The position numbers and the translations under genes are program-made. Below, in pieces: positions 9,339-18,541 of a DNA stretch of 64,000 nucleotides. The stretch is from Opitutaceae bacterium (GTDB lineage: Bacteria > Verrucomicrobiota > Verrucomicrobiia > Opitutales > Coraliomargaritaceae). The stretch spans positions 128,001 through 192,000 of the forward strand of contig JBPOFY010000004.1 of the NCBI GenBank assembly GCA_051252375.1, in the 5' to 3' direction. The notes beneath the pieces were generated by a model that made no database searches, was not told the origin of the DNA, and saw only the letters and a list, made by a program, of their open reading frames with translations. Each line of letters starts with the position of its first letter. The stretch's first letter is position 1.

Positions 9339-10817
9339 TTAAATGTCCGCTGGCGCCCACTCGGGGATACCTGTTGCCTTCAATTGCTCCTCATAGCGGA
9401 TCTCAAACGGGTGCACGTCGACCTTGGGCAAATCTTCGTTGACCATCAATGGCACCGCCGAGGCCCAAAAAGCTTCATAGGATTTGCGAAGACCGGCGAT
9501 CACTTCAGGATACTGGTCGGCAACATCTTTGCTTTGCTTTGGATCTGCCTCGATATCGTAAAGCTCTGAATTGTTGACTAGGCGCCAGCGCTCGGTGCGG
9601 ACGGCGCTGGGTTTATACTTTAATTTGTTGCGATCACCAGGCTTCCAACGGCCACAGTGCACAAAGAGATCACGGTCCGCCCAATCGGCTTCAGGATTCT
9701 CTAAGAGTGGCAATAGCGAACGACCATCCAGCTCCTGCATATCGTCGGGCAGGTTTGCACCCGCGAGTGCTACGAAAGTTGGAAACAAATCTAAGTGCGC
9801 AGTCAGCACATCGATATCAACTGCCTGTCCGAGAACACCCTCCCAATACCAAAACGCAGGGACGTGTGTGCCTCCTTCGTGCGGGGAATTTTTCGCGCCC
9901 TTCATGCCGAAGTTGAAACGCTCAACCTCTTTACCGTTCTTCTTGATCGGACGCATCGACATGCCGTTGTCAGTTTGAAAAATCACCAACGTGTTTTCCA
10001 AAGCACCCCACTCCGTGAGCTTTTCCATCATAATACCGAAGTTGTCGTCAATGTTCTCAATCATGCCATAGCGACCCGCGGTATCTTCATCATAGCCAGC
10101 ATCGAGAAAGCGCTTCTTGTAATCTTCAGGTGCAAGGAAAGGTCCGTGAGGCGCATTTAGGGCAATGTATGCAAAGTAAGGTGTGCTTGCCGCTTCCTGC
10201 TCCTTGATCCAAGCCAGACCGGCATGAAAAAAGAGGTCTGTGCAAAAACCCTTGGTCTTCACCACCGTGTCATTGTGCAGGAGCGTGCTATCAAAATAGG
10301 TGTTTTCGATGTTGGCAGGAAAGTCGCCATATTGCTTTTGTCCAATACCGCCCGCGCCGTGCATGAGCACTTCATCAAAACCACGATTCTGTGGAAGATA
10401 CTCTGCCCCATCACCGAGGTGCCATTTGCCAAACAACCCCGTCGCATAGCCCGCACTCTGCAAGGCCTGTGGCATGGTGAACAGATCCAAAGCCATACGC
10501 TCGCGCTGTAGGATGGTGTGCGTCACTCCGACCTTGAAAGGAGGTCGACCACTCATGATCGCCGCACGTGTGGGCGCACAAGTCGGGCTGACTTGGAAAT
10601 CGGTGAAACGAGTCGACATGTTATAAAACTTGTCGATATGCGGCGTCTTCACGATCTCATTACCCATGCAGGAAAGATCCCCCATCCCTTGGTCATCGGT
10701 AATGACGAAAATAATATTTGGACGACTACCCTCGAGCGACTTCGCAGAAGCCCCTGTGAATGGGAAACAGATACAGGCTAAGCATGTCGCGAGTTTCAGT
10801 GTTTTATAAAAAGTCAT
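9339..10817 (-). CDS. Formylglycine-dependent arylsulfatase (S1)
   Basis: PNIIFVITDDQG, CAPTRAAIMSGR and GKWHLG motifs. Start moved to ATG 10817 (MTFYKTLK..), which exposes a signal peptide. Paralogous to 2188..4020. Confidence 0.93.
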   Translation of the reverse strand: MTFYKTLKLATCLACICFPFTGASAKSLEGSRPNIIFVITDDQGMGDLSCMGNEIVKTPHIDKFYNMSTRFTDFQVSPTCAPTRAAIMSGRPPFKVGVTHTILQRERMALDLFTMPQALQSAGYATGLFGKWHLGDGAEYLPQNRGFDEVLMHGAGGIGQKQYGDFPANIENTYFDSTLLHNDTVVKTKGFCTDLFFHAGLAWIKEQEAASTPYFAYIALNAPHGPFLAPEDYKKRFLDAGYDEDTAGRYGMIENIDDNFGIMMEKLTEWGALENTLVIFQTDNGMSMRPIKKNGKEVERFNFGMKGAKNSPHEGGTHVPAFWYWEGVLGQAVDIDVLTAHLDLFPTFVALAGANLPDDMQELDGRSLLPLLENPEADWADRDLFVHCGRWKPGDRNKLKYKPSAVRTERWRLVNNSELYDIEADPKQSKDVADQYPEVIAGLRKSYEAFWASAVPLMVNEDLPKVDVHPFEIRYEEQLKATGIPEWAPADI

Positions 10818-10970
10818 TGTCGAATGAATGAATGTAGGAAGGTATGAAATGTTACTTAAATTTGAGGACTGGAGGTGATGAGATAGTTTACCCAATCGAG
10901 GGGCCCTTTCGCACCACGCATTTGCGTTAGATTTTGATGACGTATATACGTAATAGAACGCCAAGGTCAC

Positions 10971-11648
10971 CTAAAAATCTCTGACCGGGGCAGAATAGAC
11001 CTTGACCATACGCGGCGGCGGCAATGGCACCATAAAGGTGACGATACGCACACTAGGATCATACAAGCACTTCTGCTGCACCAACCTTCTCCGCTTCTTT
11101 ACATCGTCCTTATACGCATCGAGTTTCAGCATATATTTCCCGCGTCCAGTGCGCGGATCTGAAATAACCTCAGATGTGCGAGGCTTCGAAATTAACTTTT
11201 TGTCTCCAACAAGCCCAAACACAGTCATTTGCGACAGATTCACAAAGTAAATTTCTCCGGGGCCAAAAGCGTCGTCGTTCGCATTAACTGCGAAAAGTCG
11301 AATCGGCATAATCGGATTCGATTTATCTTTAAAGACTAAGATTAAGACTTGATTCCAACCTTCAGGAATATTCACCAATGGAGCATTCGCGGGAACCGGA
11401 GTATCCACAGGCAATACCCCTGGTAAAAAGGCCAAGTGTTTCGCCTCCGGAGACAACTTAAATGTCTCCGAGAAATTGTGACGCCCTAAAATTACTTCCT
11501 GAGCCTCAGCGCCTATCTGATATACAAAAGCTTTCTTGGGCGCATCAGCAGCCGCACCGAAATAAATAACACGAGCGGATCGGCCCGCTGAAAATACAAC
11601 AGATACGCTTAAAAAAATAGTGAGTAATGTAAATTTGATTACTTTCAT
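10971..11648 (-). CDS. Secreted hypothetical protein, partner of the pilin-like gene
   Basis: 225-aa ORF with signal peptide, starting 15 bp after the stop of 11664..15161; basic and predicted beta-rich. Confidence 0.8.
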   Translation of the reverse strand: MKVIKFTLLTIFLSVSVVFSAGRSARVIYFGAAADAPKKAFVYQIGAEAQEVILGRHNFSETFKLSPEAKHLAFLPGVLPVDTPVPANAPLVNIPEGWNQVLILVFKDKSNPIMPIRLFAVNANDDAFGPGEIYFVNLSQMTVFGLVGDKKLISKPRTSEVISDPRTGRGKYMLKLDAYKDDVKKRRRLVQQKCLYDPSVRIVTFMVPLPPPRMVKVYSAPVRDF

Positions 11649-11663
11649 AGACCTATCACAAAA

Positions 11664-14600
11664 TCAGACTTCATCGGGTGAAAGCCAACGAAAAGACACT
11701 ATTGAGAAGCGCCGCCCAAACTGTTTGTTAGAATCGGAACTTAGCGTCGTGTCACTGGGAAGCACAGTTGCCACATCCTCATTAAAGTTCACGTAATCAG
11801 CACGACGTTGCACCACCGCTTCGCACAAAGCACTCGACCGTTCTCCGGTAACTGGATTCTTAGACTCTCCATAGGCGCGAATCACAAAGGTATCGTCTCG
11901 AGCTGAGAGGATCGGAGCCAAAGGTCTGAGGATATCTGCTTGACGAATCCAGCCTGGAAACCCGTAAGCCAGATTACCTAGTGCAGCCTCAGGAAATGCC
12001 TGCGACACCGACGCAGGCACGATTACGTCATCCGGATATGTCGACTGTAAGTCGGTATATGGATTTTCGTCGGCGGATCGAGTTGGATCGGATAATGCGA
12101 TTAATGCGGCTTCGACGGCACCCGCGAGAGCAAGGTTTTTTTCAGAAGTGGCATCCGTCAATTTTCGGTTCAAAAACTCAGAAAGCGACAGGAACGGCCC
12201 ACGCTTTTTCACCTGCTCTACGATCTCAGTTGCAAGCGCCTCAATCTGTGTATCCGTAAGTCGCATATGCGTGCCAATTTCAGTATACGGATCATCTGGA
12301 TTATCAGCTGCATTGGCAGCGGGATCACCAGAAAAAGTTGTTCGGCTAACTGGATGGTCATCACTTCCTGTCTCAGTATTAAGGCTCCAGCCCGTAGACC
12401 CTGAATTGTTCGAAACAAAAGGCATATCACCATTACGCAGGTGCTTTAACAGCGCCGACCATGCAGCCACTGAAGTCGAATTCACATTGAACATGCCGTT
12501 CACTTCGATCTTTGATGCGACACTATGCCAGGACTTACTATCTGAAATGACCGTGTTCGCTTCGGATGTTGCAGCCGATGTCGTCATCAGCTTAGCAGGC
12601 ACATACGCCTCATTCGGCAACGAAGCCCCGCCAGATGCAAAATCGCGGTAGACTTCCTGAATCGATCGCGTCTCAGATCCAGGATATGGAGAATAACCAT
12701 TTGTGTCGGGTGCAATCGACGAAACAAACCAATCATCATAGAACAGGTGGTTCGCAACATAACTGTGATCATAAGAAGCACGCCGCGACTCACCAATACC
12801 ATCATCAATGTATACCATATCAGGCTCAATCAGATGGCTAGCGCTACTATTTCCGATCGGATTGGCGATATATGGAAACATGGGATTATAGAATGCCACA
12901 TCGAAATGTTGCAACTCCCCCAACGACCTCAGTGGTCGAGTTGGAATTTCTGCTGCAACCAAATTTTTCAACCCATCATCAATGCGGTAACTAGTGCCGA
13001 TAAGTCCGTAGGGATCACTCGAAGTAATCCCATCAACAGGTAAGCCATCATCAGATGAGCCACCATCAATCCCGTTCGGATATTTGAATACCATATCGTA
13101 TGGAAACGCATCCATCGGCGCATCAATTACAGTATTCGAACCGCCTACATTAATACGATTAGAAAGGTGCCCCTGGATCGGCTTACTGTGAGAATAGCCC
13201 CTCTTACCGACACTGCTCTCAGTAATATTTTGCAACTGACACATGACGATCATGAAAGGAGAAGGAATTGTATCAACAGTGCCTATTGTCTGGGTCGTAT
13301 TCGTGATCTCTGCCGTCGGCCAATACAACTCTGCGTCATTGTAGTTTATCTGAAAGCGATGATCCAACTGAGTTCGCCCCGCCTTCCACTCCAAGGCTGA
13401 AAATTCGAAAGCTGTTCCAGTCGCTTGAATCTCCACCTGAAAGGGAGCATCAACAGCACCAGTCAATTGCGTCCCGTTATGACCATTGTCCATGATTGGA
13501 ACGGTAATTCCGACTGCGTTATCGTAGCCTCGTAGAAAATTAACACGATTGGCCGATTTTGAAGCTGAACTGTAGACACGCGACTCCCCTGGCTGCCAAG
13601 CCTCATTATCAGTGGGAATATTTAAAGTTAGATTATTAATCCGATGATAGAGGCCATCCAAGTCGTAAAAAGCATTTTGAGATGAGCTACCAACTGAGAA
13701 TTTCATTTTGTAGGGCAACTGATTCCCCAGTCTCGTCCAAAAGAAATTAGCCCCTGAAATGGAGACGTTATATGGATTCCAGTAAGTCAGCACTGGCAGG
13801 ATATTCAAAAATGCTTTACTGCCATCAGACGAGAACGAAAACACCCAATGGGTTCGAGCGAGCATGGTTAGTCGAGTCAGGCTATCACGACCACGGTTCG
13901 CGCCTAACTTCTGGGCAAAAGTCACATTGCCCGTAGAACTACCAGAAACTATTTGTTGATACTGCTTGGCGAAATCCACAAGCGCACCCCAACCGACAGA
14001 AGCCCCTCCGAGTTGCGTGCCGTTTTGATTATAAAATAGCCCCTCTTCAGCCCATGGGTAGACCAACCCACCAAATGCTCCAGAGTTCTTCAAGGCTTCC
14101 GTTTCAACACCAGGGCTCAAGGTGTAGAATGGGAACCCAGTAGCACCAGTAGTAGGATTCTGAAGGTTAATCCACTGCTCCGTCATAAGAGAAAGGTCAC
14201 GCCTCCAACCACCATTCGCAGTATTCGTAAGCAAGCCGCGCGCATAACCAGTCGTATCGTGAAAATAAGTCTGCGACAGCGAATCACTACCCGCCAAAGA
14301 ATTACCCAATAAATTTAAGCCATGACGACTAGTCACTTTCCCCACGTCAGTAGCATCCGTAATCTCAAATTCGCTGGCATCTGGGCCAGAATTGCTAGCC
14401 AACAGATCACTCCACCCGAATTCATCGCTTGGTTCTTCTTTCTCACGAAGCAGTGCCTTCGTATTCTCGCCCGAAATCCACCACGCAATCGCACTAGCAC
14501 CATCGTCGATCTCAGTCGGTTTAAGGTGCACTTCAACATCTGACGAATCTGCCGTCGCATCATTCGGGTCTGGAACGACACTTCCCGAGCCAACCAGTTT

Positions 14601-15161
14601 CACAGTCTGATCGGGCCCTGAAATAACCTCCTTTAAGCTAGGTGGATTCGCCGCATCGAAAGTAATCGTAGTGGGCGAGGCATATGCTGAGGAAACCAAC
14701 CAACCCAAAAAGCGACCGTCGCCAGCAGGTGCTGGATCGATGTCCAGATCGCCGAGCTCCAACTTCTGGTCGTAGCGTGGCGGTATCGGCAGGCCGTCGG
14801 ACTGGTGATCACTGCCCTCCCAAGAGCGCCAGACGCCCGTGAGTTGCTTCACATGATTGGCTTTATTCGTCACACCCGCCACAGCTTCGGAGGGCGCGGT
14901 CACGCGTTGGTCTAAACCAGCGGTTTCCTGCAGCTTGCCAATCGCCATATTCAAAGAGAGCAAAGCGGCTTGTTCGGCTTCCATCTGCTGAACCTGTGTA
15001 TCCGAGCCTGCTTGTTCCACCTGAACCAGCGTGGACATTGTCAACAGCAACACTAAGACAAATCCCATCAGTCCGAGCGCGATCACCAGCGCAAAGCCAT
15101 CCGAGGCAGCGCGTCGACTCATGGGCGGTTGGTCAGTCGAAATATTGGGGGTAGTATTCAA
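11664..15161 (-). CDS. Large PilX-like / Verru_Chthon cassette protein A-like pilin-type protein
   Basis: Prepilin-like G|FALVIALGLMGFVLVLLL N-terminus and GLDQRVTA; conserved C-terminal block FNVNSTSVAAW..RGPFLSLSEFLNR..QADIL..RDDTFVIRAYGE..CEAVVQR..GRRFSIVSFRWL. Alternative start ATG at 15122. Confidence 0.8.
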   Translation of the reverse strand: MNTTPNISTDQPPMSRRAASDGFALVIALGLMGFVLVLLLTMSTLVQVEQAGSDTQVQQMEAEQAALLSLNMAIGKLQETAGLDQRVTAPSEAVAGVTNKANHVKQLTGVWRSWEGSDHQSDGLPIPPRYDQKLELGDLDIDPAPAGDGRFLGWLVSSAYASPTTITFDAANPPSLKEVISGPDQTVKLVGSGSVVPDPNDATADSSDVEVHLKPTEIDDGASAIAWWISGENTKALLREKEEPSDEFGWSDLLASNSGPDASEFEITDATDVGKVTSRHGLNLLGNSLAGSDSLSQTYFHDTTGYARGLLTNTANGGWRRDLSLMTEQWINLQNPTTGATGFPFYTLSPGVETEALKNSGAFGGLVYPWAEEGLFYNQNGTQLGGASVGWGALVDFAKQYQQIVSGSSTGNVTFAQKLGANRGRDSLTRLTMLARTHWVFSFSSDGSKAFLNILPVLTYWNPYNVSISGANFFWTRLGNQLPYKMKFSVGSSSQNAFYDLDGLYHRINNLTLNIPTDNEAWQPGESRVYSSASKSANRVNFLRGYDNAVGITVPIMDNGHNGTQLTGAVDAPFQVEIQATGTAFEFSALEWKAGRTQLDHRFQINYNDAELYWPTAEITNTTQTIGTVDTIPSPFMIVMCQLQNITESSVGKRGYSHSKPIQGHLSNRINVGGSNTVIDAPMDAFPYDMVFKYPNGIDGGSSDDGLPVDGITSSDPYGLIGTSYRIDDGLKNLVAAEIPTRPLRSLGELQHFDVAFYNPMFPYIANPIGNSSASHLIEPDMVYIDDGIGESRRASYDHSYVANHLFYDDWFVSSIAPDTNGYSPYPGSETRSIQEVYRDFASGGASLPNEAYVPAKLMTTSAATSEANTVISDSKSWHSVASKIEVNGMFNVNSTSVAAWSALLKHLRNGDMPFVSNNSGSTGWSLNTETGSDDHPVSRTTFSGDPAANAADNPDDPYTEIGTHMRLTDTQIEALATEIVEQVKKRGPFLSLSEFLNRKLTDATSEKNLALAGAVEAALIALSDPTRSADENPYTDLQSTYPDDVIVPASVSQAFPEAALGNLAYGFPGWIRQADILRPLAPILSARDDTFVIRAYGESKNPVTGERSSALCEAVVQRRADYVNFNEDVATVLPSDTTLSSDSNKQFGRRFSIVSFRWLSPDEV

Positions 15162-15423
15162 ATGAAGAGGTAGTTTCTAAGAGCAATCGTTTGGATAGAG
15201 AAAAAACCACAAACATCGAATACGGATCCTCCTCAAACAGTCGGCTTAATGACTGCCCATTACTTTAACCATTCCCCTCCGAAAACACAATTACGCATAC
15301 ACATTAAAGCGGCATCATGTATTTACTACTTAGTATTTGGCACCAAAACGCCCAACAGTAGGTAGCATCGCCTCTATAGGGCGAAATGAGCACGAAGCAA
15401 ATGCCTGCAAATCGAGTCGAAAA

Positions 15424-16734
15424 TCAATCGACAGTCGATTCTTCGTCATCGACGAAACGAACACAAAACGCAGCAATCAGTATGGACACACCGCCAAGTA
15501 GAACCGCATTCATGCTATTTCCACCCAACAGCGAAGACATGATCTTCCCCAACCCCAAAGATGCGGCAATCTGCGGCAAAACAATGAAGAAATTGAATAC
15601 TCCCATGTAGAACCCCATTTTCTCTCCTGGAATCACATTCGCTAACATCGCGTAAGGCATCGACAAGATACTCGCCCAAGCAACACCGACTGCCAGCATA
15701 GATATCAGTAACATATTCGGAGAAGTTGCGAACATGACCGAGATCAATCCGAGGCCTCCAATGGCGAGGCAAACCGTATGAATGCTCTTGGCACTGAATT
15801 TGCGCACTAAAAATATCAACAGGAAGGCAAAGAGAAACGCCACTCCGTTATACACGGAGAAACAAACCCCGCCCCACTCGGCTCCGCTTTGATATTCCGC
15901 GCTGCCTTGAGTGCCACCAAAAATATAAGTCGCCACTGCTGGAATGAAGTAAATCCACATACAGAAGAGCCCGAACCATGTGAAGAATTGGACTATGGCC
16001 AGTTGCTTCATAGCGCGTGGCATCGAACCGATCCCTTGGAATATCTCCTTAAACGCGTTCCCCACGCCTGCCGTCTCCTTCTTCATCTTCTCGAAGGCTT
16101 CGATGTCTTCAGGGGGATACTCCTTAGTGCTCAAAACTGTGTAAAGGACGGCACAGAAAAAGACCACGGCACCGACATAGAATGCGATGTGAACTGACTG
16201 CGGGATCGCATTACCCGATTCGCTTTCACCAGTGACGCCGAACCAATTTGAAAGCATCCATGGCAGCGACGACGATAGCACCGCACCAAGACCGATCAAC
16301 AAACTCTGCATCGCGAAGCCCATCTTGCGCTGAGGCTTATCCAACTTATCGCCCACAAACGCGCGGAAGGGTTCCATACTGACATTCACCGATGCATCGA
16401 GGATCCATAGCAAACCCGCGGCCATCCACAGCGAACTGGAATTCGGCATCGCGATCAGTGCGAGACTGGCGAGCAATGCGCCCACCAAGAAATAAGGGCG
16501 ACGACGACCTAGGCGTGTCCAAGTGCGGTCGCTGTAATAGCCGACTAAAGGTTGCACAATCAAACCAGTCAATGGAGCCGCTAGCCAGAGGAATGGGATC
16601 GTGCTTTCATCCGCGCCGAGGTATTGATAAATGGCACTCATATTGGCCATCTGTAGTCCCCAGCCGAACTGGATGCCAAAGAAGCCGAAGCTCATATTCC
16701 ATATCTGCCAAAATGAGAGTTTGGGTTTATTCAT
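15424..16734 (-). CDS. MFS maltose/maltodextrin transporter (MalT/MalA-like, GPH/SUT-type)
   Basis: KPKLSFWQIWNMSFGFFGIQFGWGLQ, SDRTWTRLGRRRPY and MGVFNFFIVLPQI motifs; about 12 hydrophobic segments. Confidence 0.9.
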   Translation of the reverse strand: MNKPKLSFWQIWNMSFGFFGIQFGWGLQMANMSAIYQYLGADESTIPFLWLAAPLTGLIVQPLVGYYSDRTWTRLGRRRPYFLVGALLASLALIAMPNSSSLWMAAGLLWILDASVNVSMEPFRAFVGDKLDKPQRKMGFAMQSLLIGLGAVLSSSLPWMLSNWFGVTGESESGNAIPQSVHIAFYVGAVVFFCAVLYTVLSTKEYPPEDIEAFEKMKKETAGVGNAFKEIFQGIGSMPRAMKQLAIVQFFTWFGLFCMWIYFIPAVATYIFGGTQGSAEYQSGAEWGGVCFSVYNGVAFLFAFLLIFLVRKFSAKSIHTVCLAIGGLGLISVMFATSPNMLLISMLAVGVAWASILSMPYAMLANVIPGEKMGFYMGVFNFFIVLPQIAASLGLGKIMSSLLGGNSMNAVLLGGVSILIAAFCVRFVDDEESTVD

Positions 16735-16770
16735 AAAAATAGGTTGGTTTGTTTTGAGGTTCGAAAATGA

Positions 16771-18426
16771 CTAAGAAATGGAAACGTCTGCAGGTGCATG
16801 CGACAAGCCGCGACCACAGGAATCGGTCAGCTGCGAAAGCTCGGGAAGCGCAGACTCAAGGTCGGTAAAGCTTGTCATCCGCCAGCCCCAACTACCGGAG
16901 GCGACACCGGGTGTATTCATGCGCGCTTCAGACCCCAGCCCCAGCAAATCCTGCACCGGCACTACCGTAGCAGCGGCATTGGACTCATACAGACTGCGGA
17001 TAAAGTCTTTGTGGATTTCTGAACCGTCACCGCCGAAATACGCCAACGCTTCATTGCGCTCAGCCTCGATTTCGCTCTGATTCCGAGTGCTACTGGCTCC
17101 GATCTGACTATTAAACCAACCGACCACGGTATCGTTGTCATGCGTTCCGGTATAGGCTACGCAGCTCTCATCGTATGACTCTGGGATAAATGTGTGTTTC
17201 ATGTCATCGGAGCCAAACGCGAACTGTTCGATTCGAATACCGGGCAACTTAAAGCCATCACGCAGTGCGATCACGCCGGGCGTAATGACACCCAAATCTT
17301 CCGCAATCACCGGCAATGGATAGCCATGGTCTTCGACAAATTTATCAAACACCTCTTGCCCCGGAGCAGCGACCCAACGCCCAGCCGCGGCCGTCTTTGC
17401 ACCGCCGGGAATTTCCCAGCAAGCCTCGAAACCACGAAAGTGATCAATGCGCACAACATCCACCCAAGTCAGAATCTTCTGCAAGCGACGACGCCACCAT
17501 GCATAGTCATCCGCTCGGTGCGCATCCCATGCGTAAAGCGGGTTGCCCCAAAGTTGTCCCGTTTCTGAAAAATAGTCGGGCGGCACCCCGGCCACCACGC
17601 TTGGACTGCCATCTCCGCTCAAGCGGAAGAGGTTTCGTTTGCACCAAACGTCGGCGCTATCGTGCGCGACAAAGATTGGAAGGTCGCCGACAATACGCAC
17701 GCCTAACGCTTGCGCCGTAGCACGCACATTCTGCCATTGTTCCCGCAGCATGAACTGCTCGAAACAGATACGGTCAATCGTCAGCGATAAATCAATGCTT
17801 GCCTGAACCAGTGTTTCCGCGTCGCGATGACGATAAGCCATCGGCCATTCCGTCCAAGCAACTCCATCGAAATTGTTTTTCAATGCACTGAAGAGTGCAA
17901 AGTCCTCAAGCCACTCAGCTTCATCCTGTAAAAAGGCTTCGAATTTCACCCGCAGTGGATGCGCGGCATTTAACTTAAAAAAGCGCAAGGTCGCACGCGC
18001 CGACATCTCTATCTTATTAGTATAAACGGTGGCGAAATCAACCTGACTGCTGCTCTCCAACACAAACGATTGCAATTCGATGTCATTAATCAGGCCACGC
18101 TCATGTAGATCCTCTGGGCTAATGAACACTGGATTCGCGGCAAAAGCAGATAGCCCCTGATACGGCGAGTCGCCATAACCTGCTGGATTGAGTGGCAATA
18201 TTTGCCAAATATTTTGCCCATTATTCGCCAGCAGCTTCAACCATTCGATCGAGGTTGGCCCGAAGTCTCCTATACCGAATGCATTTGGCAACGATGTCGG
18301 ATGCAGCAACAAGCCGCAGTCTTTTTCGAAAAGCGAGGGTTGGGAACGATCCTTCATTATAGGTGAATCTTCACGGTTGGATGTTGTAGAGTGAACAAAG
18401 CGAGGGGTGGAATCAATAGACGGCAT
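16771..18426 (-). CDS. malQ: 4-alpha-glucanotransferase (amylomaltase, GH77)
   Basis: GLLLHPTSLP, WQILPL, GVPPDYFSETGQLWGNP, RIDHFRGF, IAEDLG and YTGTHDNDT motifs. Start may be the later ATG (MKDRSQ). Confidence 0.95.
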   Translation of the reverse strand: MPSIDSTPRFVHSTTSNREDSPIMKDRSQPSLFEKDCGLLLHPTSLPNAFGIGDFGPTSIEWLKLLANNGQNIWQILPLNPAGYGDSPYQGLSAFAANPVFISPEDLHERGLINDIELQSFVLESSSQVDFATVYTNKIEMSARATLRFFKLNAAHPLRVKFEAFLQDEAEWLEDFALFSALKNNFDGVAWTEWPMAYRHRDAETLVQASIDLSLTIDRICFEQFMLREQWQNVRATAQALGVRIVGDLPIFVAHDSADVWCKRNLFRLSGDGSPSVVAGVPPDYFSETGQLWGNPLYAWDAHRADDYAWWRRRLQKILTWVDVVRIDHFRGFEACWEIPGGAKTAAAGRWVAAPGQEVFDKFVEDHGYPLPVIAEDLGVITPGVIALRDGFKLPGIRIEQFAFGSDDMKHTFIPESYDESCVAYTGTHDNDTVVGWFNSQIGASSTRNQSEIEAERNEALAYFGGDGSEIHKDFIRSLYESNAAATVVPVQDLLGLGSEARMNTPGVASGSWGWRMTSFTDLESALPELSQLTDSCGRGLSHAPADVSIS

Positions 18427-18502
18427 TTGGGGAAGTCAGACATTACGTTTAATTGAGTTAGAACTTAAATCACTCCAGCACGCACAGGCACTCCAAGCTC
18501 TA

Positions 18503-18515
18503 TTTGACAGTTGAA
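18503..18515. promoter_or_regulatory. Candidate operator TTTGACAGTTGAA upstream of malQ
   Basis: One of six copies of the motif, all found in promoter regions of the alpha-glucan locus. Confidence 0.6.
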
Positions 18516-18541
18516 CAGGCTATGGCCGACTGCGTTCCTCA

